64,000 bases of DNA from Octopus sinensis (taxonomy: Eukaryota), in NCBI RefSeq assembly GCF_006345805.1, contig NC_043001.1:106826001-106890000 (forward strand), given 5' to 3'. The translations under genes were made by a program, and so were the position numbers. Under the pieces are notes generated by a model. It was not told the DNA's origin, made no database searches, and saw only the letters and a list, made by a program, of their open reading frames with translations. Positions within the stretch are counted from its first letter, which is position 1; each line of letters starts with the position of its first letter. Positions 1 to 13,269 of this stretch are shown here, piece after piece.

Positions 1-219
1 CTTTCCTCATGTTGCTATGTAGCCGGTTCCGATAGAGAGATAAGAATATATCTATTACTTGACGGGTCCTTTATTTATCGACCCGAGAAAGATTAAATAG
101 GTAAGTTGACCTCTTCAGGATTTGAACTCACATTTACAAACACACACACATGCGCACATGTTACATATTGCATGTGTGTAAGGGTAAAATATTATTTATA
201 TATGCAGGTATGTGTGTAT

Positions 220-280
<61 letters not shown>

Positions 281-807
281 TGAGTGAGAGAGAGAGAGTG
301 AGAGAGAGAGTAAGGTTTTCGAAAACCATGGCAGGTACCCCATTCACTACTCTGTGCAAAATCTTGGTTAGCACCATAATTTTAAGAATTAGAATTTGCA
401 TTCATTTAATCTTAATGAAATCAATTTGGAAGGACGAAATATTGTCAGTAAACTAAACTAGAAAATCGAAAGGAACCTTATTCATCTACGGAGCGGAACC
501 TTATTCACCCGACACATAAATCTAAAAGACCATAAACCAAATCGTTTTTGAGCAATCCTTTGGATAGACTCATTTCCACGTCAAAGTCTGACATTGTAAA
601 AGCATTTTTTTCCGTATTTTACCTGTTCTTAAAAATGAAAATTGAACTCAGTTTGTGGTCAAGCACTTTACAAGTAATTGATTGGTTTAAAGGGCTAGAT
701 TTAGTACGTACTATATTTATACAAATATACATTTCTAACTGTTACACTTTTTCTCCTTTTTCTCCTCAACAAAATTCTTATTTTCGTTATGTAAAATTCA
801 CAACTAT

Positions 808-1078
808 CTAGACAAGATAAAGAGATAATATTAATGGATAGGAAACAGTGATTGAGTTTGAAACAACATTCGTGATTAGAGAACATTGATTTAATTTTAA
901 GGTAAATTTTGATAGAATTAACTTCGTTATTACCATGGGATCGGGTGACTCAGCACAGGCTATTGATTTCATGGGTATATATTTTTTATATTGCATCAAA
1001 AAGGTGTTCTCAGAAATATAGGTATGACTTTTTTGGAATGACGCCTTGTTCAACTTCTGAAAATGCCATAATATAGAA
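808..1078 (-). CDS. Candidate terminal coding exon 4 (SILWHFQKLNKASF...NVVSNSITVSYPLILSLYLV*)
   Basis: Very strong acceptor ctttcttttttttctatttctctctag|. Phase-2 entry gives 89 stop-free codons in AT-rich DNA (part of track ORF 808..1128), and the other entry phases stop within 23 codons. Hydrophobic C-terminus. Confidence 0.6.
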
Positions 1079-1746
1079 CTAGAGAGAAATAGAAAAAAAA
1101 GAAAGCTTAGAAACTTCTTTAAAAACATAGGACTTTCTGTCTCCTAGGAACATAACTGTAAGGTAGTTAACTCTCTGGCTGTAACATTGGAACGAAATAC
1201 TGGGCTTTATTGTCCGGTTCACAATATCACTGTAAATTTAATAAAAATTCGCATCATCCTGAAGTAGTAATTAAATTGAGTACTAGGAGAGTTTTATCTA
1301 GAATATCTAGGCTTTGTGCGAATGAGGAAATTTTTTCGCAAAGTCATATTATTATAATATAGTTATAACTAGAGCCGGATACACTGAAAAGATAAGTTTT
1401 ATTCCAAAAGACAGTATTGCCAAGACACCTAAGGAAAGAGGTCTATACTCACAGGAACATATACGCAACAATTGCTATAAAGTCAGAGAGATTAATTGTT
1501 TAAATAACTCCTGTATTTCCCTCGAAAGCCCAAGCTCGAATCTGGAATTTTCAGGAATTAAATCTCAATTAGGTATGAGCAGAAAAACTGAAAAACAGTG
1601 ATAATTTTAACCCTGGGAATAATCGTTTCCCAATGTGCGACCATAAGAAAATAACTCAATGTGGAAGCAATATAACTATCTCAACAATGACAACAAAACC
1701 AATAAAATTAGATTACTAAGAAAAATATTACATGGTTTAACCTTAC

Positions 1747-1805
1747 CTTCTTATTCGTGTAACCTCGGATGTCTCCGGAATATTCTTAAGAGCATTTTCC
1801 ACCCT
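1747..1805 (-). CDS. Candidate coding exon 3 (RVENALKNIPETSEVTRIR + split codon)
   Basis: 59-nt exon. Acceptor cattttactctattag|, donor AAG|GTAAGG. Only phase-0 entry is open and it exits in phase 2. Confidence 0.55.
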
Positions 1806-1940
1806 CTAATAGAGTAAAATGCTCTGTAGTCATACCGTGAAAATTGTGCAATGAGCTACGCTTAATCTAGCAGATAATATAGTAGCAATTAACAGTAAGA
1901 AATTAAATACTATTAGTAATTACGAATGAACTTTTAGTTA

Positions 1941-2473
1941 TTAAGTCGATATATCGACCCCAGTGCGTAACTGAAACTTTTTTAATCGACCCCGAAAGGA
2001 TGAAAGGCAAAGTCAACCTTGGCGGAATTTGAACTCCGTAGCGGCAGACGAAATACCTATTTCTTTACTACCCACAAGGGGCTTAATACAGAGGGGACAG
2101 ACAACGACAGGCAAACGGATTAAGTCGATTATAATTATAAGTACCAGTGCGTAACTGGTACTTATTTAATCGACCCCGAAAGGATGAAAGGCAAAGTCGA
2201 CCTCGGCGGAATTTGAACTCAGAACGTAGCGGCAGACGAAATACCTGTTGCTTTATTACCCACATGGGGCTAAACATAGAGGGGACAAACAAGGACAGAT
2301 AAACGGATTAAGTCGATTACATCGACCCCCAGTACGTAACTGGTACTTAATTTATCGACCCCGAAAGGATGAAAGGCAAAGTCGACCTCGGCGGAATTTG
2401 AACTCAGAACGTAACGGCAGACGAAATACGGCTACGCATTTCGCCTGGCGTGCTAACGATTCTGCCAGCTTGC
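1941..2473 (-). mobile_element. tRNA-type SINE, head-containing copy followed by two headless tandem bodies (trimer)
   Basis: Head ggcagaatcgttagcacgccaggcgaaatgcgtagccg at the right end, B-box-like gagttcaaattcc in each unit, ~185-188 nt period. Confidence 0.85.
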
Positions 2474-2500
2474 TTTTATTTTTATTTATTTATATATATA

Positions 2501-2603
<103 letters not shown>

Positions 2604-2869
2604 TATGTATGTAAATATAATCTCGAATAGCAACACTCTATCTTTAACCATTCTGTGTGTACATTTTGTTTGTCTCTCTTTTTATCACTAATCTCACATA
2701 TAAATGTGAACATGTGCAATAGCTTGGTTTAATATTTTCTAATTAAAGCTAATTTTTAATTATACTAACATCTGCAGACTTTACAAACTGCCAAAAGATT
2801 CTTGAGTATTATTACACTCACTATTGGCGACAAAAATTATTGTTTATATCTGAATAGCAATCATTCATG

Positions 2870-3440
2870 GTTTAAGTTCAAACCCCACCGTCGTCGAAAG
2901 TGCCTTCATCACCTCCAAGAGGCGTTAAAAATAGCAGGCAGTTAACGACATTAATCCACTTTTCCCACCTCCAAAATGTATAGTTCTGTCCCGGTTAGAT
3001 TTCTTTCTCCGAATCGTCGAACGTAAGGAAAAAAATGTCGTACGGTACTTATCCCGACTCTTTACATTCCGAGTTCAAATCATGTAGAGAGTCAACTTTA
3101 CTTTTCCTCCCTGTGTTGTCGATAAATTGAAGCACCTGTCAAATATTAGGGTCGATGTAATCGACTAACGCCTTTCGTCTAAAAAATGCTGACCTTATAC
3201 TTTAATTAGAAATAATTATTTCTCGAGTCGTTATTCCGGCAGAATTGTTGGCGCGTGGTACAAAATGCCTTGCAGTATTTGTTCCGAATCTTTCTGTTCT
3301 GTTTTCAAATCCTTCCGAGACCAATTTTACTTTCTATCCTTCTGAAATTGATAAAATTTAGGGACCAATCAAGAGTACAGGAGTTGGTTTAATCTCCTAG
3401 CACAGTCCTACAAATTTTTGGTCTTGCACCAAAGTTAGGA
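2870..3440 (+). mobile_element. Cluster of three diverged copies of the same SINE family
   Basis: Repeated gttcaaa..cc..cg..gtc.actt.(g)c.tt.catcc...gtcgataaa motifs at about 2875, 3070 and 3300. Confidence 0.65.
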
Positions 3441-4702
3441 TTTGCTTTTGTTGTTTTTATTATGACAGAATCATTAGAACTTTGGACACGTTTTCCGTTG
3501 TTTGATTTCGCTCAAATCTCGCTCAAATCAACATTGTCTTTCATCTTTCTGTTCTCGATAAAATAAAATACAAATAAAGTACTGGGGGCAACAAGATCTA
3601 TTTTATCTTCACCTCGATTATGAGGCTTTGTGCCTTTTGTAAAAAAAAAAAACAATTTCCTGTAGATTTCACCCCACCTTTCTACTGTGTTCGAATTACT
3701 ATTATAGATATGTTGCTGTGATAGCTGTTATTTTTGTAGTTGTTGCTTAGTCCCTGGCCAAGCCTGAGCAGACAGACCTATGACTAGAAGCATTCTAACT
3801 GCGACTTACTTACTTTACTGTGGGTCATTTGGCAAGTGTCTTTCATTATAGTCTCGGGTCGAGTGAATTGGGTAAGTTCTTCGTATAGATCAAGGTGAGG
3901 AAACATTTTAGTGCAGCGGACAAAAATTTCTAAAGATAAAGGTCCGCGGGCGGATCTCAAGTTCTAACTCTTATATTTGTGTATATGTTGTATATATCTA
4001 TGTATAATTCGATATACATTAATAAAGATAAGTTTAACACATTAAACTAACGCGTAACATCTTCATTAACGCCGCCACTGAATTTACGACGATTATAATA
4101 TTTATGAGGTATTCTTTATTTTTCAGCTAGAGTGTAGTTCGGTCTCAAGAGGGTGGTACAAACATAGCAATATGTATTTTATACTGAAAATAAAATGGCA
4201 ATTACCGAACGATTTTCTGTTCGAGTCTAACCGTTTCGAGTCGTAGTTGGAAATGCGACCTATATCACAAATAGGCATATGGATATTGTATAAATTTTAT
4301 AATTGAAAAATTTACTATATTCTGTACATACGAGTACAAAAGGCTGCGGGCGCTATAAGATGGGCTCGCGGGCGCAATTGGTATAAATTATACCTGTAAT
4401 TTAAAGATGAAGCCTTGTTACATACTGTTTCACTCGATTTAAGGGCACACATATTTATGGAATACATAAATATGTATAATATTTAGCGTTTATATTCTCA
4501 TTCACTTGAAACTAATATATGCAACCATAACCAATATAGTTGGTTATATTAATCCCTTTTCTTTGTCAACCACTTATTTTATTCATCTAGCAAGAAGGGA
4601 AGATTAAAAATAGACTTTGGTATAAATGGACCAAGCACAAGGCATCTTTTATTGTCAGAAGCATGAAAATTAGCTTTGTTAAACCTCGTATATATTATAT
4701 GA

Positions 4703-5021
4703 CTAGCAGTATCACCCCGTTGCTCGGGTTTAAGGGAAATAACTATAAAGCTTTAGGTAAATTTTTCTTTGAGAGTTAAAAGGCGAGTTGCGTCCCCTAG
4801 ACAGTCTGTGGTTTGTTTTGATCTCGACCCCATTTGAATTTATCGATTTTTTTCAGAATTGGGGGAACCTTTCAAAATTTTCGCTGCGTTAGTTTTGAAT
4901 TATGACATTGGGCTATGGTGGCGTCAAGTTTCATCAGAATCGGTTGAAAGCCGTGGTCAGGGTGAGGGTACAACCTAACAGACACACAGACACACACCGA
5001 CAAACTGCCGTTTAATAGAGA
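4703..5021 (-). mobile_element. Non-autonomous Helitron-like element
   Basis: On the minus strand it starts TCTC.. and ends with hairpin cccgagcaacgggg, a short spacer and CTAG|T. Internal aagtttcatcagaatcggttgaaagccg and (GACA/CA) tract are typical of such elements. Confidence 0.7.
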
Positions 5022-5190
5022 ATATATCCCTCACTGGATGGAGTACTTTTCAGCTGATCCTACCAATAACGGAACAGTTCACTGAGTGTGGGTGTGTATG
5101 GCATGTGTGTGTGAGTGTGCATGTATAAAGAGAGAGGTGGAAAGAGGAAGAGAGAGAGAGTTTCATTCAAAAGGAAATTTGCTAAGGCTG

Positions 5191-6048
<858 letters not shown>

Positions 6049-7484
6049 TTTGTGTTCTACACTAATTGATAATGTCAGTGATAGATTTTAGTTGTTTCAC
6101 TTCATATAAACGGTTCCTTTACCACTTCTGAGGATTGGATTTAAGCGCTTAACGGTTTAATGTTTAAGTGGGCGCAAATATTAAGCTGTGCTTTAAGAGG
6201 TTCGGTTAGCAACCACGGTTTTTCGAGTATTATATCACTGCATGACACCTTGGACAATTTTTCTACAATTATAGCGTCGCGTCAACCAATATTTCGTGAA
6301 TGAAATTCTGTAGTCGAAACTGTGTGGAGCCCGGTTTAACTTTATTACTTGGCTGTTGGTTATCCTTAGTTGAATCTATCCCGTTCCAGGTAACCAGTGA
6401 AACTGGAAGTTTTGATGAGCATTACCCTTCCTTCTTTGGCCATTTCCCTGCCCACACCACAACTTAGGATTTCACAACTTTTTGGTGAAACCTTATTAAT
6501 TTACCGCCGCAAAAATTTATTCTGTCTCAGAGTTGTTCGTTTTAAACAATTCTTTTCTAAGCCAACAAATGCATATTTATACATTAATTGTGTTGTTCTG
6601 GTTAAGCTCCAGGTCAGCATTGAAATCAAGCGGGTTTATGGAGATGCCGTTACGGCCATATATATACGAGAGGTTATATTTATCGGAGTCGATAAATGAA
6701 GTGCCAATCAAGGCGATGGATTAGTGGAAGTGTAAGAACGTCGGACTGGATCTATTGTGATATATTTTCCGCTCTTTACGAAGTGAGTTCAAATCTCCCA
6801 AAGGCCTTCATGGACAGTAGACTTAATATCTTTAGTAGAGTCCACTTGGTTGCAAATATTCGGGTCCGGTTTTTAGTTAGGATACTTTTCTCCTTCAAAA
6901 CGCTAGTCTCAGAGGCCTCGTAACGGGCTATGGGTACTGCCTTCCCAACTGACTAAAAGGTAAAGAAAAAGTAAAATATCAATACTAGAAAGTAATTTCT
7001 CTCTCTCTCTCTCTTTCTCTCTCTCTATCTCTCTATCTATCTATCTTTTTTGAGATTACACCTGTAATTTACAGATCAAATCTTCTCACATTGTATCACG
7101 TGGTTTCAGTCTGAGAATGGAGTTAAAAGCGCACGTGCTTGTTAAGTATTCAGGTGTTCATGTCAGTGGAATACTTAGATGCTTACGCGTTGATAGAACG
7201 ATTGAATGCTCGTCATTGAAACCGAACAGAAAGGAGAATCTAAGAATCTATTAAATTCCTAAATTTGACTATAAGTCTGTCTGCTGGACATGAAACTGAC
7301 TGTGTGTGGGTCAAACAACAAAAACAATTACCACCAAGACAACAGCAAAATCAACGTCAAAAGCAAAATCCTTTCTGCTGTAGACACAAGGCCTGAGATT
7401 TTGGAGATGGGGTTAGTCAATTACATCTTCCTTGTGCTCAACTGATACTTATTTTGGATCTTTTCCTTTTGAACGGCACTTTGT

Positions 7485-7978
7485 AACATAATTTCTAGGT
7501 AACTAAAAAGTTTTAAACTTCGTATACTGGTAGAATGTGTTTATAAAACATCATTTTCTCTTGGCTTTATTGAGAAAATTCTATAGGTTGTAACATATTT
7601 CGTCTAAAATTTCTTGCATTTCGGCAATTTTAACCAATCAATTACCTCCATTGACGTAAATAACATTCTGTGCATAATGAATATGTCCTCCTTTAAGAAA
7701 CAGATTGGGTTTATTTACATTGGTGAAGAAAAAGATACCCTTCCTCAACCCCTAACCCTAACCCTAACTAACCCTAACTAATCCCAACTCTAGCCCTAAA
7801 TCTAAAATAGATTGAAATGCAATAGATCGATACTAGGGCTATAATTATGGATGACATTTTCATTTGACACCGCGAGAAAAAAATTCCATTTTCCGTAGCG
7901 GTGTCGTATGAAATTGTCACCCATAATTATAACCCTAGTATCGATCTATTGCATTTCAATCTATTTTAGATTTAGGGC
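7485..7978. repeat. Interspersed repeat with internal (CCCTAA)n-like tract and an ~81-bp-arm inverted repeat
   Basis: Homologous to 33785-34260 (aaacttcgtatactggtagaatgtgt...aaccaatca). Telomere-like hexamers at ~7750-7800. Arms 7793-7873 and 7898-7978. Confidence 0.8.
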
Positions 7979-8190
7979 ATTTAGCGATAACTAGCACTTG
8001 ACTATGAATAATTGGGTACAATACCATCAGTATATTGAATAAGTACAATCCCTTAGTTGGTTCCTCAACTTCACTAACTCACACAGAAATACATATCAAA
8101 ATAAGCATCACGATATCAAAGTAGTGATGCAGAACAACCGTTTCAAGCGACCCAATTTAATTGAACAAGTTATATATATATTATATATAT

Positions 8191-8255
<65 letters not shown>

Positions 8256-8469
8256 GACAAGATAGAAAATGCTAAAATAAGAAGTTTTTTAAGCTTCGAG
8301 CAGTCAGTGGTAGGTATAACAAACCAAATTTCAGGACCAATAATAATTTATCGGCGTCGAATGTTGTAACCTTTTCCCATATCGAAGTTCGATAAACTAA
8401 AAAGTATGCAGCCCCAATTTTACCTGTTCCACGCCCTCAATTTGGACACAGACACAGACACGCACACAC

Positions 8470-9135
8470 ACATAGAGTATTGGCCCAGGCCTTGTCTAAC
8501 GTAATAGCACTATCTGGCGAAGTCATTCAAATTAGGAATCGGACAACATGGTCCACTCGAGGAGAGAGTTATTGTTTACGGATGCATATCCGTGTGTAGG
8601 AGGTTTATCCGGGATTTCTTCAAGTAAGTTGTCCAATGACTTCTTGAACTTTATGGGGTCTATTTCTGCTTTAATATGTTTTCATGTAATGCTAAAGAGA
8701 CAGGGTCAATTGATATGAAATAATTGTGCCGTATTGCTGTTATGAGATGCGAGTATGATTTATGTTGTGGGCGGATAGCACGGGGCCCAAGTCTTGGGTG
8801 TGTCTTAAAGGTGATGTCAATATCATTTGGGCAATTCTGATGGAATATTAACCACATCATGCAGATGATGTAGCGCTCACGGCGGCGTCGGAGAGAATAA
8901 AACTTGAGCTTTTTGGTCGACCCCAATAGTCGAGGCCAGTCCATGCCATCTATCTTTTTTGATAATTGACCTTTGAGGTGCTTCAGCTTTCATGATAGTT
9001 TGGTTTGTGTTGGGAAATCACAGTGGACAACAGTATTCAAGATGGGGTCGGACAAAAATGGAGAAGAGAAGGATAATGGATTTGAGATCTCTCGACGGGA
9101 AAGTTCAGAGAATTCTGCGGGCCATGGCAACTTTG

Positions 9136-9140
<5 letters not shown>
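8470..9140 (-). mobile_element. CR1/L2-group LINE, decayed 3' RT fragment
   Basis: Frameshifted PHLEYCCPL motif, then KKLKFYSLRRRRERYIICMMW..HPRLGPRAIRP (track ORF 8660..8944), typical of the RT C-terminus of this group. Confidence 0.8.
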
Positions 9141-9177
<37 letters not shown>

Positions 9178-9216
9178 TGTATATATATATATATGTATGT
9201 AATATATGTAATTATG

Positions 9217-9299
<83 letters not shown>

Positions 9300-9437
9300 G
9301 TATATGTACATGTACATATATGAAAACATAAATGTATATGTACATATTCCTACAAATTTATATATAGACACATATATAACAATATATGTATGTAAATGTC
9401 TGTTTGGGTTATGCATACACCGCGCACACACATTATG

Positions 9438-9472
<35 letters not shown>

Positions 9473-9473
9473 T

Positions 9474-9504
<31 letters not shown>

Positions 9505-9969
9505 GTGTTTGGTGTATATTACATATACATATATGAATTATGTAATATATATATATATACATATATATATATTATATATATATATTATATATATGTGCGT
9601 GTGTACATGTGTGCATGTATGTGTACATGTGTGTGTGTGCTGTACATGTGTGTGTAAGCGCGCGCTATTGCTTTCTCATCCGTGTTATGTCGGGAAACCT
9701 TAAAGTTTCTGTTTAGATCTCTAACGTCTATAACTACAGAATTAACCCAGTAAACTGATAAGAATCTGGTGACTCTGGAGACAATTTATCCCTCTCATTT
9801 ATATGTTTTAATTTGTTATTTCTGATGTTGTTATTTCCATTGCCTTCTTTCCTCCTTTTCTTTCTACCCTCCTTTCTTGATATTTTCCCTTTTATCTCCT
9901 GACTTCTTGCTTGAGCTATTTCGCCAACTATCCTCAAGTGTCAAAAACAGCTACATATACATATGTGTG

Positions 9970-10000
<31 letters not shown>

Positions 10001-10159
10001 AAATATATGCGTTTGCGTGCATATCCATAAATATATGTGTTTGTGTGTATGTGTATGTATGTATGTATGTATGTATGTATGTATGTATGTATGTATGTAT
10101 GTACGTATGTATGTGTGCGTGTGTGCGTGTGTGTGTAAGTATTCTGAATTGATTGCAAT

Positions 10160-10349
10160 TCATTATCACAGGTGCAAGCATAGCTCTGTGGTAAGAAGTT
10201 TGCTTCCCAACCACATGGTTCCGAGTTCATTCCCTCTGCAAGCCACCTGAGACAAGTGTCTTGTACTAGAGCTCCACGTTGACGAAACTCTTGTGGATGG
10301 ATTTGGAAACTAAAAGAAGCCTATCTTATACACACACACACACACACAT

Positions 10350-10381
<32 letters not shown>

Positions 10382-10521
10382 AACACATACATACACACAC
10401 ACACACATATATATGTGTGTTTGTATCTGTGTGTGTGTGAAGCGTCTTTCTGTTTGTCCCCATAACCATGTATCTTCTTTACAGCAGCACACCTGTTTCT
10501 ACCCTCTTTCTTATTAACTCT

Positions 10522-10561
<40 letters not shown>

Positions 10562-10930
10562 CTTCGTATCTCTTTCTTGCCCTCTCTTTCTCTGTTTGGG
10601 TAACCCTGAATCTCCTCTATAGCAACACATGTGTTTCTGTCTTTCTGTCACACTCTAACTTTTCCTCATCTGACACAAGATCACCACCTCCAATCCTCCC
10701 TCCTCTCTCAAACATTCCTTGTCTTGCACATTACTTGGTGACCCTGTCAGTGCAGGTGCCACTTAAAAAGGATTCAGCCCATTCTGCAGGGTGTTAGGAA
10801 TGGCATCCAAACGTAAATACCCTGCTAAAGCAGACACAGAAGTATGGTGCAGTCTTCTGCTAGACCAGCTCCTGGCAAACCGTTCAACCCATTCCAGCAT
10901 GGAAGGAGGACGTTAAACAATGATGAGGAG
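10160..10930 (+). mobile_element. Second SINE family: tRNA-like head, microsatellite middle, RTE-like tail ending in (GAT)n
   Basis: Head tgtggtaagaagtttgcttcccaaccacatggttccgagttca at ~10185. Tail ggcatcca..cgtaaa...ccagcatggaa..ggacgttaaacaatgatga at 10800-10930. Confidence 0.65.
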
Positions 10931-10965
10931 GATGATGATATATATATATACATATATGTGTGTGT

Positions 10966-11013
<48 letters not shown>

Positions 11014-12126
11014 GTGTATGTGTGTGTGTGTGTAAGTATGTATGCGTGTGTGTATGTATGTATGTATACATAGCCAGAGATAAGCTGATTTCGAATTCGA
11101 GTCCACTAAAGAAAAATAGCAATAATACTTTAATGAAATATTAACAATAAAACATAAATAAAATAATAAAAATGTCAGAGAGGAGAGTATGAAAATGAGA
11201 AATAAGGGCATGGGGTGGAGTGAATAAGCAAATGAAAAAGGAAATTAAAAGAAAGAACGAGAGAAGGAAGAAAAGAAGAAAGAAAAAGAGAAAGGAGCAA
11301 CGCAAAAAGAATTACAAAGATTAAATCATTAGATTGTTTTCCTATAATTTTAATGTATATGTATGTAAGGTGTATGTGATTATATGTGTATTCGTGTGTA
11401 TGTGCCTGTATGTGTGTGTATGTTCTGTGTGCATGTAAATTCATATAATTTTCTGTATCATTTTTATTTTGTTGTTGTTTGGTCCGTTAAGTTTGTAAAA
11501 ATATGTCAGAGATACGTAGTGGAGAAATATAAGCACGAGTGAGTGTATGTTAACGTATATAAATGTCTGCGTATACACATGTGTATTAACATCTTAATTT
11601 ATATACTGAAAGGAAGAACTATATTGTAAGTGAATGTGAGTATGTAGTATATATGTAAGGAGTCGTAATCAGCAGCACATTATATTAATAATATATTTCA
11701 AGTTTCACACGCCAAACATAGATTATACATACATAAATGCATGTATATATGTATACATACATAAATACATACATATGTAAGTACATATACACACCAGTTT
11801 TCTTTTACGCACAACTATATTAAATGTAATTCCAACCATGTGTAACAACATCGAATGGAATCCACTATACATTTGTATGTATGTATGTATGTATGTATGT
11901 ATGTATGTATGTATGTATGTGTGTATGTATGTATGTATGTATGTATGTGTGTATGTATGTATGTATGTAAGTATGTATGTATGTATGTGTGTATGTATGT
12001 GTGTATGTATGTATGTATGTATATAAGTATGTATGTATGTATGTATGTATGTATGTATGTATGTATGTGTATATATGTATGTATGCATGTTCGTTTGTAT
12101 GTATGCATGTATTATTCGCGCGTGTT

Positions 12127-12157
<31 letters not shown>

Positions 12158-12469
12158 GTGTCTGTCTGTCTGTGTTTGTGTGTTTGTATGCGCGTGTGTA
12201 TTTTAAGATGAAGACCAAGACTCTCGCGGCAGACGGTGACGTGGAGTAATGGCTCCTGCAACAGTGTTTAACGTTAGGATAAAGTCAATTTCTTTATTAA
12301 ACATGAAGTTGAGAAAAAGAGGGGACGATACGAGGACAGACAAAACAAACGTTAGGACAAAGTCATCGGTATAGTCTGCACCTGTTATTGTCGAGGTTGC
12401 GTATCAGGAACTTCTTGGTTCGTGAGGTTAATTCCTGCTGTTATCTACTGAAGTATGGTAGACATTTCT

Positions 12470-12885
12470 CTCTCTCTTTCTCTTTCTCGTTTCAGTCATT
12501 TTGACTGCGGCCATGCTGGAGCACCGCCTTTAGTCGAGCAACTCGACCCCGGGACTTATTCTTTGTAAGCCCAGTACTTAATCTATCGGTCTCTTTTGCC
12601 GAACCGCTAAGTTACGGGGACGTAAACACACCAGCATCGGTTGTCAAGCAATGCTAGGGGAACAAACACAGCAGACACACAAACACACACATACATACAT
12701 ATATATATATACATATATACGACAGGCTTCTTTCAGTTTCCGTCTACCAAATCCACTCACAAGGCATTGGTCGGCCCGGGGCTATAGTAGAAGACACTTG
12801 CCCAAGATGCCACGCAGTGGGACTGAACCCGGGACCATGTGGTTGGTTAGCAAGCTACTTACCACACAGCCACTCCTACGCCTAT
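12470..12885 (-). mobile_element. Composite SINE of the second family, well preserved
   Basis: Reverse complement of the tRNA-like head (gcagtgggactgaacccgggaccatgtggttgg) plus the ggccatgctggagcaccgcc body. Homologous to 15925-16010 and 50635-50800. Confidence 0.75.
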
Positions 12886-13269
12886 GACAAAATATAAATA
12901 TGTAAAGTGCAAGATGTCTCCTCATAAATCTCTTGCATGAATGTCAAAATTTATATCTGTTTCTGTCATGTGAACATACTTTAGCTCTAGTGTATTTACA
13001 GAACATTATTATTGCATCTACTGCTTTTATTTTGAAGATATAAAAGATATTTCCAACAACCTAACTCAGGACAATGAAAAATGGACAAACTCTCCGACGG
13101 AACACTAACCTCGTATATATGGTATTCTATGTGAACCCATTTTCCATTTCCATTGCAGTTCTTTATCCTTAAGTTTGGGTATCGGAGATACAACTATTAT
13201 AACTAGGAAAAGAAAAATAGAAAAAAAAAGGGAACATTCTTGTTAATCGACTCATCCGTCTATCGGGGC

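Noticed and set aside
1453-1587. Extra exon ending at the strong donor CCT|GTGAGT (1452)
   Set aside because: Acceptors at 1588 and 1542 give stops in the needed frame. Only a 22-nt microexon (1474-1453) is open, and it would truncate exon 4 to 22 codons. Unsupported without RNA data.
1941-2473. Regularly spaced repeats resembling a CRISPR array
   Set aside because: The whole ~187-nt unit repeats with no unique spacers, it is a SINE, and there are no cas genes.
4205-4280. Hammerhead-like relic on the minus strand
   Set aside because: Core GTGATAT has no 3-8 pair, and stem I does not form.
7750-7800. (CCCTAA)n as a telomere or fusion scar
   Set aside because: Only a few degenerate units, embedded in a dispersed repeat that recurs at ~34190.
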